This document shows positions 15,107-22,879 of a DNA stretch of 22,879 nucleotides, in pieces. The stretch's first letter is position 1. Each line of letters starts with the position of its first letter. This stretch comes from a virus. Its lineage: Duplodnaviria > Heunggongvirae > Uroviricota > Caudoviricetes. Made by a program: the position numbers and the translations under genes. Where the stretch lies: positions 1-22,879 of IMG/VR virus record IMGVR_UViG_2695420699_000018. One strand, 5' to 3'. Under the pieces are notes generated by a model. The model saw only the letters and a list, made by a program, of their open reading frames with translations, had not been told where the DNA came from and did no database searches.

Positions 15107-15469
15107 ATGAAATCTGAACTATTTCATAGCGAAGCAAATTCAGAAATTATCACTGCAGATGAGTTTATTGATTTCATAAACTCTTTCAAAAAGCCTTTAA
15201 TTTGCCAAATTTGCGGAAATCAATCATGGAGTGTAGTCGGTACTCTAGAACTTGAAGTTGAAGACAATCAGCCAAAACATCACGTAATCGAAGTTCTCAG
15301 CTATGCCCAATACAAACCTGAAACTGATAGCGCTATAAATTATCCTGGTGGTATGCCGCTGTTTCGAATCACCTGTGATCACTGTGCACATGTACTTCTT
15401 TTTTCTTATAAAAAAGCTAGATCATTGATCCAAAAAAGAAAAAATGAAAAAGAAGAGGATGGAAAATGA
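15107..15469 (+). CDS. Hypothetical zinc-ribbon-like protein (two CxxC pairs, basic C-terminal tail), first gene of an AT-rich module downstream of cI
   Basis: CQIC (about aa 33) and CDHC (about aa 91); tail KKARSLIQKRKNEKEEDGK. AAGGA SD. Strong AT bias. Same strand as cI and immediately downstream of it. Confidence 0.6.
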   Translation: MKSELFHSEANSEIITADEFIDFINSFKKPLICQICGNQSWSVVGTLELEVEDNQPKHHVIEVLSYAQYKPETDSAINYPGGMPLFRITCDHCAHVLLFSYKKARSLIQKRKNEKEEDGK

Positions 15470-16098
15470 CGCGACCTTATCTCAGAGCAGTACCAAACTG
15501 TGGATCTGGTATTGATAAATGTGACCTTTACCCCAATGTTAAGAACAGGCTGCGCGTCGGTATAGAAGAAATGTATACTGATTTTATCGAATCCGCAGAT
15601 GAAACTTACAAAACTGATGGGGGAAATAAAATGTCATCAGTTAGTCGAGAAGAAATTCAAGCACTTTTAGCTGCCAATAAAGCAGAAATGGAGTCCATTG
15701 CATCCTCTATTAGAGTTGAAATGGCTTTATCTCGCGAGAACACAAACGTTCAGCTAGCATCTCTAAATTCAGCCATCAATTCTATCTCTTCGAAAATCGA
15801 AGGCAAAATGGACAGTGTTGACGGGGATGTGAAGGCCATCAATGGTAGATTCGAAGGTATACAAGGCCAAATTACTGGAATAAATACAGCCATTAGTGGT
15901 ATTCAATCTGGAATTTCTACCAGACTTGCTATTTTTGGAGTTATCATTGCGGTCATAGTTGCATTACCTAGCATAATTTCTGCTTTTAAAGATACTTCGC
16001 CAGTAGTTCAACCAGTTACACAACAACCAAGTGTTAAACATCTCAACCAAGAACCAATTACTCCACAAGTATTACCTCCGCAGGGAAAAGCAAACTAA
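15466..16098 (+). CDS. Hypothetical coiled-coil protein with a single C-terminal TM anchor and P/Q-rich tail, second gene of the cI-adjacent module
   Basis: ATGA overlap with the upstream gene (15466..15469). Heptad-like S/I/A/N/G-rich central region; hydrophobic helix LAIFGVIIAVIVALPSIISAF; tail …PVVQPVTQQPSVKHLNQEPITPQVLPPQGKAN. Alternative internal start at 15634 (MSSVSREE…). Confidence 0.55.
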   Translation: MTRPYLRAVPNCGSGIDKCDLYPNVKNRLRVGIEEMYTDFIESADETYKTDGGNKMSSVSREEIQALLAANKAEMESIASSIRVEMALSRENTNVQLASLNSAINSISSKIEGKMDSVDGDVKAINGRFEGIQGQITGINTAISGIQSGISTRLAIFGVIIAVIVALPSIISAFKDTSPVVQPVTQQPSVKHLNQEPITPQVLPPQGKAN

Positions 16099-16121
16099 AC
16101 CGGCTTTATGCCGGTTTTTTT
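16098..16121 (+). terminator. Intrinsic terminator closing the cI-proximal operon
   Basis: AACCGGC-tttat-GCCGGTT followed by TTTTTTT directly after the stop codon at 16096..16098. Confidence 0.8.
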
Positions 16122-16225
16122 CTATACAAACGCCCCCCTCTTTGTCTTGAATCACATCACAACACATTTAAAAAACATTTTAAATTCAAAGCATTAAACG
16201 CATCCACGCATATCAAACAAATTAT

Positions 16226-16262
16226 CTACTTTTAGTTGTTGATTTTTGCTACTTTTGGTAGC
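16226..16262. promoter_or_regulatory. OL-like operator pair upstream of the early-left genes
   Basis: CTACTTTTAGTTG (16226..16238) and the palindrome GCTAC-TTTTG-GTAGC (16248..16262) echo the CTAC…GTAG half-sites of the cro/cI operator cluster. Confidence 0.5.
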
Positions 16263-16368
16263 AGAATTATTTTAACGACAACGAACAGGCAGGACGCCCA
16301 CGAAGTAGCCGCCGGTGGCGTATGAATGACCGGATGATTCGTTAAATACTATGTGTAAGAGAGCGCAA

Positions 16369-16572
16369 ATGAACCGTTATTTCACATGTTCGTTTTGTGG
16401 CGCAAACGAGCTGCAGGCAAAAAAAATCATCGCCAAAGGCGGAAAAGATGAAGTTGCTATCTGCTCTGAGTGCGTAGTCTTGTGTGTCGGGGCATTAATT
16501 AATATCAGCACAACTATTCAGTTCACACCAAATGAGAATGCGCCTTTAGATGCGCGGAAATCTGGAGGTTAA
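16369..16572 (+). CDS. Stand-alone ClpX-type C4 zinc-finger (ZBD-like) protein
   Basis: FTCSFCGANELQAKKIIAKGGKDEVAICSECVVLCVGAL aligns with the ClpX N-terminal zinc-binding domain (recalled [36 protein letters not shown]). Track ORF starts at 16351; the ATG at 16369 (MNRYFTCSFCG…) is equally plausible. Confidence 0.65.
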   Translation: MNRYFTCSFCGANELQAKKIIAKGGKDEVAICSECVVLCVGALINISTTIQFTPNENAPLDARKSGG

Positions 16573-16580
16573 AGAACAAA

Positions 16581-16856
16581 ATGAAAGTCCAGATTTTAAA
16601 CAATAACTGTGAAGTCGTTTGGTCATACGACATAGCCGCCCCTGTAGATCAGAGCGGCGATAGCTGGACCAATGGGAAACATCAGATTATGGCTGGAGTT
16701 GTGTTCTCTTTACGCCGTGCTTTGGAACAGGCTGAAGTATTTCCATCAGACCCTGAATGGAAATGGCCTTTTTCTATTTGTCCAAATTCGGAGAGTACAT
16801 TTCAGAAAATTGGTCAGAAAGTCGCACTCGAAGAGCATCAGCCAACTGTTTCCTGA
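16581..16856 (+). CDS. Hypothetical 91-aa protein
   Basis: Track ORF immediately after the ZBD-like gene. Its 3' end overlaps a convergent minus-strand ORF by 83 nt, so the true 3' extent is uncertain. Confidence 0.35.
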   Translation: MKVQILNNNCEVVWSYDIAAPVDQSGDSWTNGKHQIMAGVVFSLRRALEQAEVFPSDPEWKWPFSICPNSESTFQKIGQKVALEEHQPTVS

Positions 16857-17019
16857 TTTTTTCAGGTAACTCGTCGGCATCGCAGAAACAACAACGCTCG
16901 ATCATGTTGAAAGCCGATTCGTAGAACTGTTTTTGCTGAGTGTCGCTGAGACAGGAAAAGAGCGACGTTACGATGATTTTATTAATTGCATTATCAAGTT
17001 CTTTTTCATCAAAAGTCAT
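16774..17019 (-). CDS. Hypothetical 81-aa protein (convergent, Cys-containing)
   Basis: AAGGA SD 8 nt before the ATG at 17019. Contains CCFC. Overlaps the 3' end of the plus-strand 91-aa ORF. Confidence 0.4.
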   Translation of the reverse strand: MTFDEKELDNAINKIIVTSLFSCLSDTQQKQFYESAFNMIERCCFCDADELPEKIRKQLADALRVRLSDQFSEMYSPNLDK

Positions 17020-17274
17020 TTGATTTTCCTTTTATGTATACGGGCTTAAAAGGATACCACCGAGCCTGAAGTGGTGAAAAGACAGGCACATAACAGCTAA
17101 GTATTTTCAACCAGAGAGAATCCTTAGCGTTGTGGTGAATGCGGCTCAGCGCACGCGGGTTAAGGTTGAGGCTGACAGTCGACCTTCTGTGGATACCCAC
17201 CCGCCTGGTGTGCAACCTTCGCCAGGCACCGGGAGGCACCCGGCACCACAACTTTATGCTGTGTGTAGTCCTGG

Positions 17275-17319
17275 CGGTACCAGTTTGTACCCTTGCTTCC
17301 GGCTGGTACCGTCCTTTTT
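17275..17319 (+). terminator. Terminator-like hairpin at the 3' end of a GC-rich, apparently non-coding structured segment
   Basis: CGGTACCAG (17275..17283) pairs with CTGGTACCG (17303..17311) around a 19-nt loop, followed by TCC then TTTTT (17315..17319). Confidence 0.35.
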
Positions 17320-17456
17320 ACAAAACAGAGAAGAGCATCACCGGACGACGGGCTCATAACCCAATCCATCCGGGCGGCTGCCACCGCAGGTGTTCTTCTC
17401 TGTTTTGTGGAGAAACTAATCGGCCTTGCAGGGTCGATATGATGAGGAGCAGCAAA

Positions 17457-17819
17457 ATGGCTAGCGAACGCAGTACTGATGTGCAGGCATTTATCGGGGA
17501 GCTGGACGGCGGCGTATTTGAAACCAAAATCGGCGCAGTTCTCAGTGAAGTCGCTTCCGGTGTGATGAACACGAAAACCAAAGGTAAGGTCTCACTCAAC
17601 CTGGAAATCGAACCATTTGATGAGAACCGTGTGAAAATCAAACACAAACTCTCATATGTTCGCCCGACTAACCGCGGGAAAATTTCTGAAGAAGACACCA
17701 CCGAAACGCCGATGTATGTCAATCGCGGTGGTCGCCTGACTATTCTGCAGGAAGACCAGGGACAATTACTGACTCTTGCCGGTGAACCTGACGGAAAACT
17801 ACGCGCAGCAGGTCATTAA
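17457..17819 (+). CDS. Hypothetical 120-aa protein (YfdP-like position and length)
   Basis: Track ORF 17139..17819 has a GC-rich junk-like N-terminal extension; the ATG at 17457 (MASERSTDVQAFIGELDGGVFETKIG…) follows GAGGAG by 8 nt. Confidence 0.5.
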   Translation: MASERSTDVQAFIGELDGGVFETKIGAVLSEVASGVMNTKTKGKVSLNLEIEPFDENRVKIKHKLSYVRPTNRGKISEEDTTETPMYVNRGGRLTILQEDQGQLLTLAGEPDGKLRAAGH

Positions 17820-17884
17820 TATCGTTCTTAATTAACTGATTATTTATCTCATCACTGAATATCTTTATATAGTGAGGACTTATT

Positions 17885-18709
17885 ATGTCTCAGAGCTTAG
17901 ACGCAACCGCAATTAATCAAATCCATGCCCTTATTTCTGCTCAGGGTGTTAATGAAATTATCAGTAAGATTGGTGCCGATGCTGTGGCATTGCCTGAGAA
18001 TTTCCGCATTCATGATCTGGAAAAATTTAATTTAAATCGCTTCCGTTTCCGTGGTGCGCTTTCCACTGCCAGCATCGATGACTTTACCCGTTATTCTAAA
18101 GATCTTGCAGATGAAGGCACCCGCTGCTTTATCGATGCTGATAATATGCGTGCCGTCAGTGTGCTTAACCTGGGTACTATTGATGAACCAGGTCACGCAG
18201 ATAACACCGCCACTCTCAAACTGAAAAAGACAGCACCGTTCTCTACTCTGTTGTCTGTTAATGGCGAGCGTAACTCCCAGAAATCACTGGCAGAATGGAT
18301 TGAAGACTGGGCCGACTACCTTGTGGGCTTTGATGCTAATGGTGACACCATTCAGGCAACAAAAGCGGCTGCGGCGGTCCGTAAAATCACGATTGAAGCA
18401 AACCAGACCGCTGATTTTGAAGATAATGACTTCAGCGGCAAACGCTCCCTGATGGAGTCTGTCGAAGCGAAGACCAAAGACATTATGCCAGTGGCATTTG
18501 AATTTAAATGCATTCCGTTTGAAGGTCTGAAAGAACGTCCGTTTAAATTACGCCTCAGCATTATCACTGGCGATCGTCCGGTACTGGTTCTGCGCATTAT
18601 TCAGCTGGAGGCGGTGCAGGAAGAAATGGCTAACGAATTTCGAGATCTGCTTGTTGAGAAATTCAAGGACAGCAAAGTAGAAACCTTTATTGGTACTTTC
18701 ACCGCCTGA
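17885..18709 (+). CDS. yfdQ: YfdQ-like protein (DUF2303 family), 274 aa
   Basis: Length, position in a yfdP/Q/R/S/T-like array and recalled similarity to CPS-53 prophage YfdQ. GAGGA SD. Confidence 0.5.
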   Translation: MSQSLDATAINQIHALISAQGVNEIISKIGADAVALPENFRIHDLEKFNLNRFRFRGALSTASIDDFTRYSKDLADEGTRCFIDADNMRAVSVLNLGTIDEPGHADNTATLKLKKTAPFSTLLSVNGERNSQKSLAEWIEDWADYLVGFDANGDTIQATKAAAAVRKITIEANQTADFEDNDFSGKRSLMESVEAKTKDIMPVAFEFKCIPFEGLKERPFKLRLSIITGDRPVLVLRIIQLEAVQEEMANEFRDLLVEKFKDSKVETFIGTFTA

Positions 18710-18836
18710 TTTCATTACTGCAAATGCCCCTGCGGGGGCATTTATGGAAACGTAATTTACTCAATAATCGCCGGATGGTGAGGGATTCTTTTTACCAGAA
18801 TTCAGCGCGGTGCAGCGCATATACGTGGAGAACAAA

Positions 18837-19373
18837 ATGTCATTTATTAAAACTTTTTCCGGGAAGCATTTTTATTATGACAGGATAAATAAAGACGACA
18901 TCGATATTAACGATATCGCGGTTTCCCTTTCAAATATCTGTCGCTTTGCCGGTCATCTTTCGCACTTCTACAGCGTCGCCCAACATGCGGTTCTTTGCAG
19001 CCAGCTGGTGCCGCAGGAATTTGCTTTTGAAGCGTTAATGCATGATGCAACAGAAGCGTATTGCCAGGACATTCCCGCACCACTGAAACGCCTTCTTCCT
19101 GACTATAAACAAATGGAAGAAAAAATAGACTCCGTAATCCGTGAGAAATACGGATTACCCCCAGTTATGAGTACGCCCGTGAAATATGCCGATCTCATCA
19201 TGCTGGCAACCGAACGCCGCGATCTCGGGCTTGATGATGGCTCTTTCTGGCCTGTACTGGAAGGTATCCCGGCAACAGAGATGTTCAACGTGATTCCACT
19301 GGCACCGGGCCATGCCTACGGGATGTTTATGGAACGCTTTAACGAGTTATCGGAGTTACGCAAATGCGCATGA
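18837..19373 (+). CDS. yfdR: HD-domain phosphohydrolase (YfdR-like 5'-deoxynucleotidase family), 178 aa
   Basis: HD-domain metal ligands (…ALMHDATEAY… plus upstream and downstream His). Track ORF starts at 18810; the Met at 18837 (MSFIKTF…) has GGAGAA SD and yields 178 aa. Confidence 0.6.
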   Translation: MSFIKTFSGKHFYYDRINKDDIDINDIAVSLSNICRFAGHLSHFYSVAQHAVLCSQLVPQEFAFEALMHDATEAYCQDIPAPLKRLLPDYKQMEEKIDSVIREKYGLPPVMSTPVKYADLIMLATERRDLGLDDGSFWPVLEGIPATEMFNVIPLAPGHAYGMFMERFNELSELRKCA

Positions 19374-19726
19374 ATGTTTTCGAAATGGAAGGGTTTCTTC
19401 GTGGGAGATGTGTACCGCGAGATCTGAAAGTAAATGAAACAGATGCTGAATACCTGGTGCGTAAATTCGATGCGCTTGAAGCTAAATGTGCAGCACAGGA
19501 AAACAAAGTAATACCAGTGTCAACTGAACTGCCACCAGCAAATGAAAGTGTTTTGTTATTCGATGCTAACGGAGAAGGCTGGCTAATTGGCTGGCGTTCT
19601 CTCTGGTACACCTGGGGACAAAAAGAAACCGGAGAATGGCAGTGGACATTTCAGGTCGGGGACCTTGAAAACGTCAATATCACTCACTGGGCAGTAATGC
19701 CAAAAGCACCGGAGGCTGGAGCATAA
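19364..19726 (+). CDS. yfdS: DUF551-family phage protein (YfdS-like), 120 aa
   Basis: C-terminal W-rich DUF551-type motif (…WYTWGQKETGEWQWTF…NITHWAVMPKAP). Confidence 0.55.
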   Translation: MRMNVFEMEGFLRGRCVPRDLKVNETDAEYLVRKFDALEAKCAAQENKVIPVSTELPPANESVLLFDANGEGWLIGWRSLWYTWGQKETGEWQWTFQVGDLENVNITHWAVMPKAPEAGA

Positions 19727-20031
19727 TGACCACTTTTACCGACAAAGAACTGATTAAAGAAATTAAAGAGCGTATCAACAGCCTTGACGTGCGAGACGAT
19801 ATTGAGCGCCGTGCTTATGAAATCGCACTCCTATCTCTGGAAGTAGAACCAGATGAACGCGAAGCTTATGAATTATTCATGGAAAAGCGTTTCGGTGACT
19901 TAGTAGATCGTCGGAGAGCAAAAAACGGCGATAACGAATACATGGCATGGGATATGACTCTCGGTTGGATCGTCTGGCAGCAACGAGCTGGTATCCATTT
20001 TTCAACAATGTCACAGCAAGAGGTGAAATAA
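19726..20031 (+). CDS. yfdT: Hypothetical 101-aa protein (YfdT-like)
   Basis: ATGA overlap with the upstream gene. Length and position match YfdT of the CPS-53-type array as recalled. Confidence 0.45.
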   Translation: MTTFTDKELIKEIKERINSLDVRDDIERRAYEIALLSLEVEPDEREAYELFMEKRFGDLVDRRRAKNGDNEYMAWDMTLGWIVWQQRAGIHFSTMSQQEVK

Positions 20032-20381
20032 TGGAGCCATACAGCCTCACACTCGATGAGGCCTGTCATTTTCTCAAGATATCCAGACCGACTGCCATTA
20101 ACTGGATACGCACAGGGCGTCTTCAGGCAACACGCAAAGATCCCACTAAGAATAAATCTCCTTACCTCACAACACGACAAGCCTGCATTGCGGCTCTTCA
20201 GTCTCCGCTGCATACTGTCCAGGTGAGCGCGGGTGATGGCATAACAGAGGAAAGAAAATGTCACTCTTCCGCAGAGGTGAAATATGGTACGCCAGTTTCA
20301 CATTGCCGAACGGTAAAAGATTTAAACAGTCTCTTGGAACAAAGGACAAAAGGCAGGCGACAGAACTCCATGACAAGCTAA
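20031..20381 (+). CDS. xis: Excisionase-like / AlpA-type HTH protein (putative Xis)
   Basis: [37 protein letters not shown]… is AlpA/Xis-like. GAGGTGA SD. Immediately upstream of the integrase; the frame runs 124 nt into it, so the 3' end is uncertain. Confidence 0.5.
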   Translation: MEPYSLTLDEACHFLKISRPTAINWIRTGRLQATRKDPTKNKSPYLTTRQACIAALQSPLHTVQVSAGDGITEERKCHSSAEVKYGTPVSHCRTVKDLNSLLEQRTKGRRQNSMTS

Positions 20382-21421
20382 AGGCTGAAGCATGGCGGGT
20401 CAGCAAACTTGGTGAAATACCTGATATAACGTTCGAGGAAGCGTGTGTCAGGTGGCTTGAAGAGAAAGCACATAAAAAATCACTGGACGATGACAAAAGC
20501 CGGATCGGATTCTGGCTTCAACATTTCGCAGGAATGCAACTAAGAGACATTACTGAATCAAAAATTTATTCAGCAATGCAGAAAATGACGAACCGGCGTC
20601 ATGAGGAAAACTGGAAACTCAGGGCAGAAGCATGCAGAAAAAAAGGGAAACCTGTTCCAGAATACACGCCAAAACCAGCGTCCGTTGCAACGAAGGCTAC
20701 GCATCTTTCATTTATAAAGGCCCTACTAAGAGCCGCAGAGCGTGAATGGAAAATGCTGGATAAGGCACCAATTATTAAAGTGCCTCAACCAAAGAATAAA
20801 CGGATCCGCTGGCTGGAGCCCCATGAAGCACAAAGGCTGATTGATGAATGTCCGGAGCCATTAAAGTCTGTTGTTGAATTTGCACTGGCAACAGGCTTAA
20901 GACGCTCGAACATCATCAACCTTGAATGGCAACAAATAGATATGCAGCGCCGGGTGGCATGGATAAACCCGGAAGAGAGTAAATCAAACCGCGCAATTGG
21001 CGTTGCGCTGAATGATACTGCATGTCGCGTATTGAAAAAACAAATCGGGAATCATCACCGTTGGGTATTTGTGTACAAGGAAAGCTGTACCAAACCAGAC
21101 GGAACGAAAGCGCCAACAGTAAGGAAGATGCGGTATGACGCAAACACAGCCTGGAAAGCGGCGCTGAGACGGGCTGGTATTGATGATTTCAGATTTCACG
21201 ACTTGAGACACACCTGGGCAAGTTGGCTGGTTCAAGCCGGAGTCCCGTTGTCAGTGTTACAGGAAATGGGAGGCTGGGAGTCTATCGAAATGGTTCGTCG
21301 ATATGCTCACCTTGCACCTAATCACCTTACCGAACACGCACGGCAAATAGACTCGATCCTGAACCCATCGGTCCCAAATTTGTCCCAGTCAAAAAATAAG
21401 GAAGGTACTAATGATGTGTAA
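20258..21421 (+). CDS. int: Tyrosine-type site-specific integrase (phage integrase family)
   Basis: C-terminal catalytic region …[42 protein letters not shown]… Stop codon 15 bp from the 3' end of the tRNA. Confidence 0.95.
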   Translation: MSLFRRGEIWYASFTLPNGKRFKQSLGTKDKRQATELHDKLKAEAWRVSKLGEIPDITFEEACVRWLEEKAHKKSLDDDKSRIGFWLQHFAGMQLRDITESKIYSAMQKMTNRRHEENWKLRAEACRKKGKPVPEYTPKPASVATKATHLSFIKALLRAAEREWKMLDKAPIIKVPQPKNKRIRWLEPHEAQRLIDECPEPLKSVVEFALATGLRRSNIINLEWQQIDMQRRVAWINPEESKSNRAIGVALNDTACRVLKKQIGNHHRWVFVYKESCTKPDGTKAPTVRKMRYDANTAWKAALRRAGIDDFRFHDLRHTWASWLVQAGVPLSVLQEMGGWESIEMVRRYAHLAPNHLTEHARQIDSILNPSVPNLSQSKNKEGTNDV

Positions 21422-21435
21422 CTTATTGATTTAAA

Positions 21436-21511
21436 TGGTGCCGATAATAGGAGTCGAACCTACGACCTTCGCATTACGAATGCGCTGCTCTACCAACTGA
21501 GCTATATCGGC
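21436..21511 (-). tRNA. thrW: tRNA-Thr (anticodon CGU)
   Basis: Reverse complement of 21436..21511 is GCCGATATAGCTCAGTTGGTAGAGCAGCGCATTCGTAATGCGAAGGTCGTAGGTTCGACTCCTATTATCGGCACCA: 76 nt, cloverleaf-compatible, anticodon loop TTCGTAA, CCA end. Adjacent to proA as for thrW in E. coli. Confidence 0.95.
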
Positions 21512-21625
21512 CCTGAAAGGACATGTTCACGAACGTGAATCACGGTGGACAAGGTTAAAACTAACCGGGCGATGCGTCAATGGCCTTGTGAATCAAATGG
21601 CTACTTTTGCATCACCCGGTTTTAT

Positions 21626-22879
21626 TTACGCACGAATGGTGTAATCACCAATGCCGATCCACTTGTAAGTGGTCAGTGCTTCCAGCCCCATTGGGCCACG
21701 CGCGTGGAGTTTTTGTGTGCTTACCGCCACTTCCGCACCCAGACCAAACTGGCCGCCGTCGGTAAAACGCGTAGAGGCGTTAACGTAAACAGCGGACGAA
21801 TCCACTTCGTTAACAAAACGCTGGGCGTTGCGCATATCGCGGGTCAAGATCGCATCGGAGTGTTGTGTGCCGTGTTCACGAATATGGGCGATGGCATCGT
21901 CAAGATCGCTGACGATTTTGACGTTCAAATCTAATGACAGAAACTCATCGTCATACTCTTCGGCTTTAACAGCAACCACCTTCGCAGGGCCTGTCTGCAA
22001 CTGCGCCAGTGCAGCTGCATCTGCGTGTAATGTCACGCCGCTTTCCGCCATTTGTTTGCTTAATGCGGGCAGGAAGCTATCGGCGATGTTTTTATTCACC
22101 AGCAACGTTTCAACCGTATTACATGTGCTCGGACGCTGAGTTTTCGCGTTGACGATCACTTTTAATGCTTCAGCGATCTCTACACTTTCATCAACGTAAA
22201 TATGGCATACGCCTATACCACCTGTGATCACCGGGATTGTCGACTGTTCACGGCACAGTTTATGCAAACCAGCGCCACCACGCGGGATCAGCATGTCGAT
22301 GTATTTATCCATACGCAGCATTTCACTGACCAGCGCACGGTCAGGATTATCAATCGCCTGCACGGCACCCGCCGGTAAGCCGCAGGATTTCAGGGCGTCC
22401 TGAATCACCGCCACCGTTGCAGCGTTAGTGCGACACGTTTCTTTGCCACCGCGCAGGATCACCGCATTACCGGTTTTCAGGCACAGCGAAGCGACATCAA
22501 CCGTCACGTTCGGGCGCGCTTCATAAATCACGCCAATAACCCCCAGCGGTACGCGACGACGCTCAAGACGCAGGCCGCTGTCCAGTACGCTGCCATCGAT
22601 TACCTGCCCCACCGGATCGGCGAGGTTACACACCTGGCGCACATCATCGGCAATGCCTTTCAGCCGTGCGGGCGTCAGTGCCAGACGGTCAAGCATCGCT
22701 TCGCCAAGGCCATTGGCACGCGCGTCAGCAACATCCTGGGCGTTAGCGTTGAGGATGATTTCGCTTTGTGCTTCCAGTTCATCGGCGATTTTTTCCAGCA
22801 CGCGATTTTTTTCGCGGCTGGAGAGTTGCGCTAATTTATACGAGGCTTGCTTCGCGGCAATGCCCATTTGTTCCAGCAT
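21626..22879 (-). CDS. proA: Gamma-glutamyl phosphate reductase (glutamate-5-semialdehyde dehydrogenase)
   Basis: 417-aa ORF beginning [38 protein letters not shown]…, recognised as enterobacterial ProA. The start codon coincides with the window end. Confidence 0.97.
   Translation of the reverse strand: MLEQMGIAAKQASYKLAQLSSREKNRVLEKIADELEAQSEIILNANAQDVADARANGLGEAMLDRLALTPARLKGIADDVRQVCNLADPVGQVIDGSVLDSGLRLERRRVPLGVIGVIYEARPNVTVDVASLCLKTGNAVILRGGKETCRTNAATVAVIQDALKSCGLPAGAVQAIDNPDRALVSEMLRMDKYIDMLIPRGGAGLHKLCREQSTIPVITGGIGVCHIYVDESVEIAEALKVIVNAKTQRPSTCNTVETLLVNKNIADSFLPALSKQMAESGVTLHADAAALAQLQTGPAKVVAVKAEEYDDEFLSLDLNVKIVSDLDDAIAHIREHGTQHSDAILTRDMRNAQRFVNEVDSSAVYVNASTRFTDGGQFGLGAEVAVSTQKLHARGPMGLEALTTYKWIGIGDYTIRA

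Noticed and set aside
17040-17320. Retron (msr/msd) interpretation of the GC-rich hairpin-rich segment
   Set aside because: No reverse transcriptase gene is present nearby.
17132-17456. ORFs 17132..17359 and 17160..17384 and the N-terminal extension of 17139..17819
   Set aside because: Frames are open on both strands in a GC-rich segment, translations are R/C/P-rich junk, and a good SD precedes the ATG at 17457. Treated as non-coding, possibly a structured RNA.
21512-21625. Promoter for thrW and terminator for proA in the tRNA-proA spacer
   Set aside because: An imperfect long-range inverted repeat (about 21574..21586 with 21620..21632) and weak -35/-10-like hexamers are present, but no convincing consensus match or clean stem plus T-run; not called.
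21545-22139. Plus-strand ORFs 21545..21934 and 21828..22139
   Set aside because: Antisense to proA, which is unambiguous.
1-22879. CRISPR arrays
   Set aside because: No array of regularly spaced identical repeats was seen; the only short-period repeats are the iterons inside the initiator gene and the operator repeats.

Overview
This window reads as one arm of a lambdoid prophage inserted at the 3' end of a tRNA-Thr gene (thrW-like, anticodon CGU) next to the host proA gene, with the map inverted relative to lambda. Right to left it runs: proA (-), tRNA-Thr (-), integrase and excisionase-like genes (+), a YfdP/Q/R/S/T-like early-left block (+), an AT-rich cargo island (+), the CI-like repressor (+) facing a Cro-like gene (-) across a palindrome-rich operator region, then on the minus strand a CII/YdaT-like gene, a Rha-domain protein, an O-like initiator with internal iterons, a PerC-like protein, Dam-type methylase, a LexA-DNA-binding-domain-only protein, RusA, KilA-N and DUF968 proteins, Q-like antiterminator, a tR'-like terminator, a lysis cassette (two membrane proteins, GH19 endolysin, spanin-like pair), an AT-rich singleton gene, and HNH endonuclease plus small terminase. 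The left 3.6 kb is rearranged: a second HNH/TerS module (TerS near-identical, HNH diverged) is separated from the first by a truncated IS3 and AT-rich orphan ORFs. The best candidates for an undescribed system are the AT-rich two-gene operon directly downstream of cI (the rexAB slot) and the AT-rich 187-aa singleton between lysis and packaging genes; a stand-alone ClpX-type zinc-finger protein, a LexA DNA-binding-domain-only protein and a GC-rich structured non-coding segment are also worth follow-up. All calls rest on reading the sequence and the ORF track and on recalled family signatures; no database search was run.
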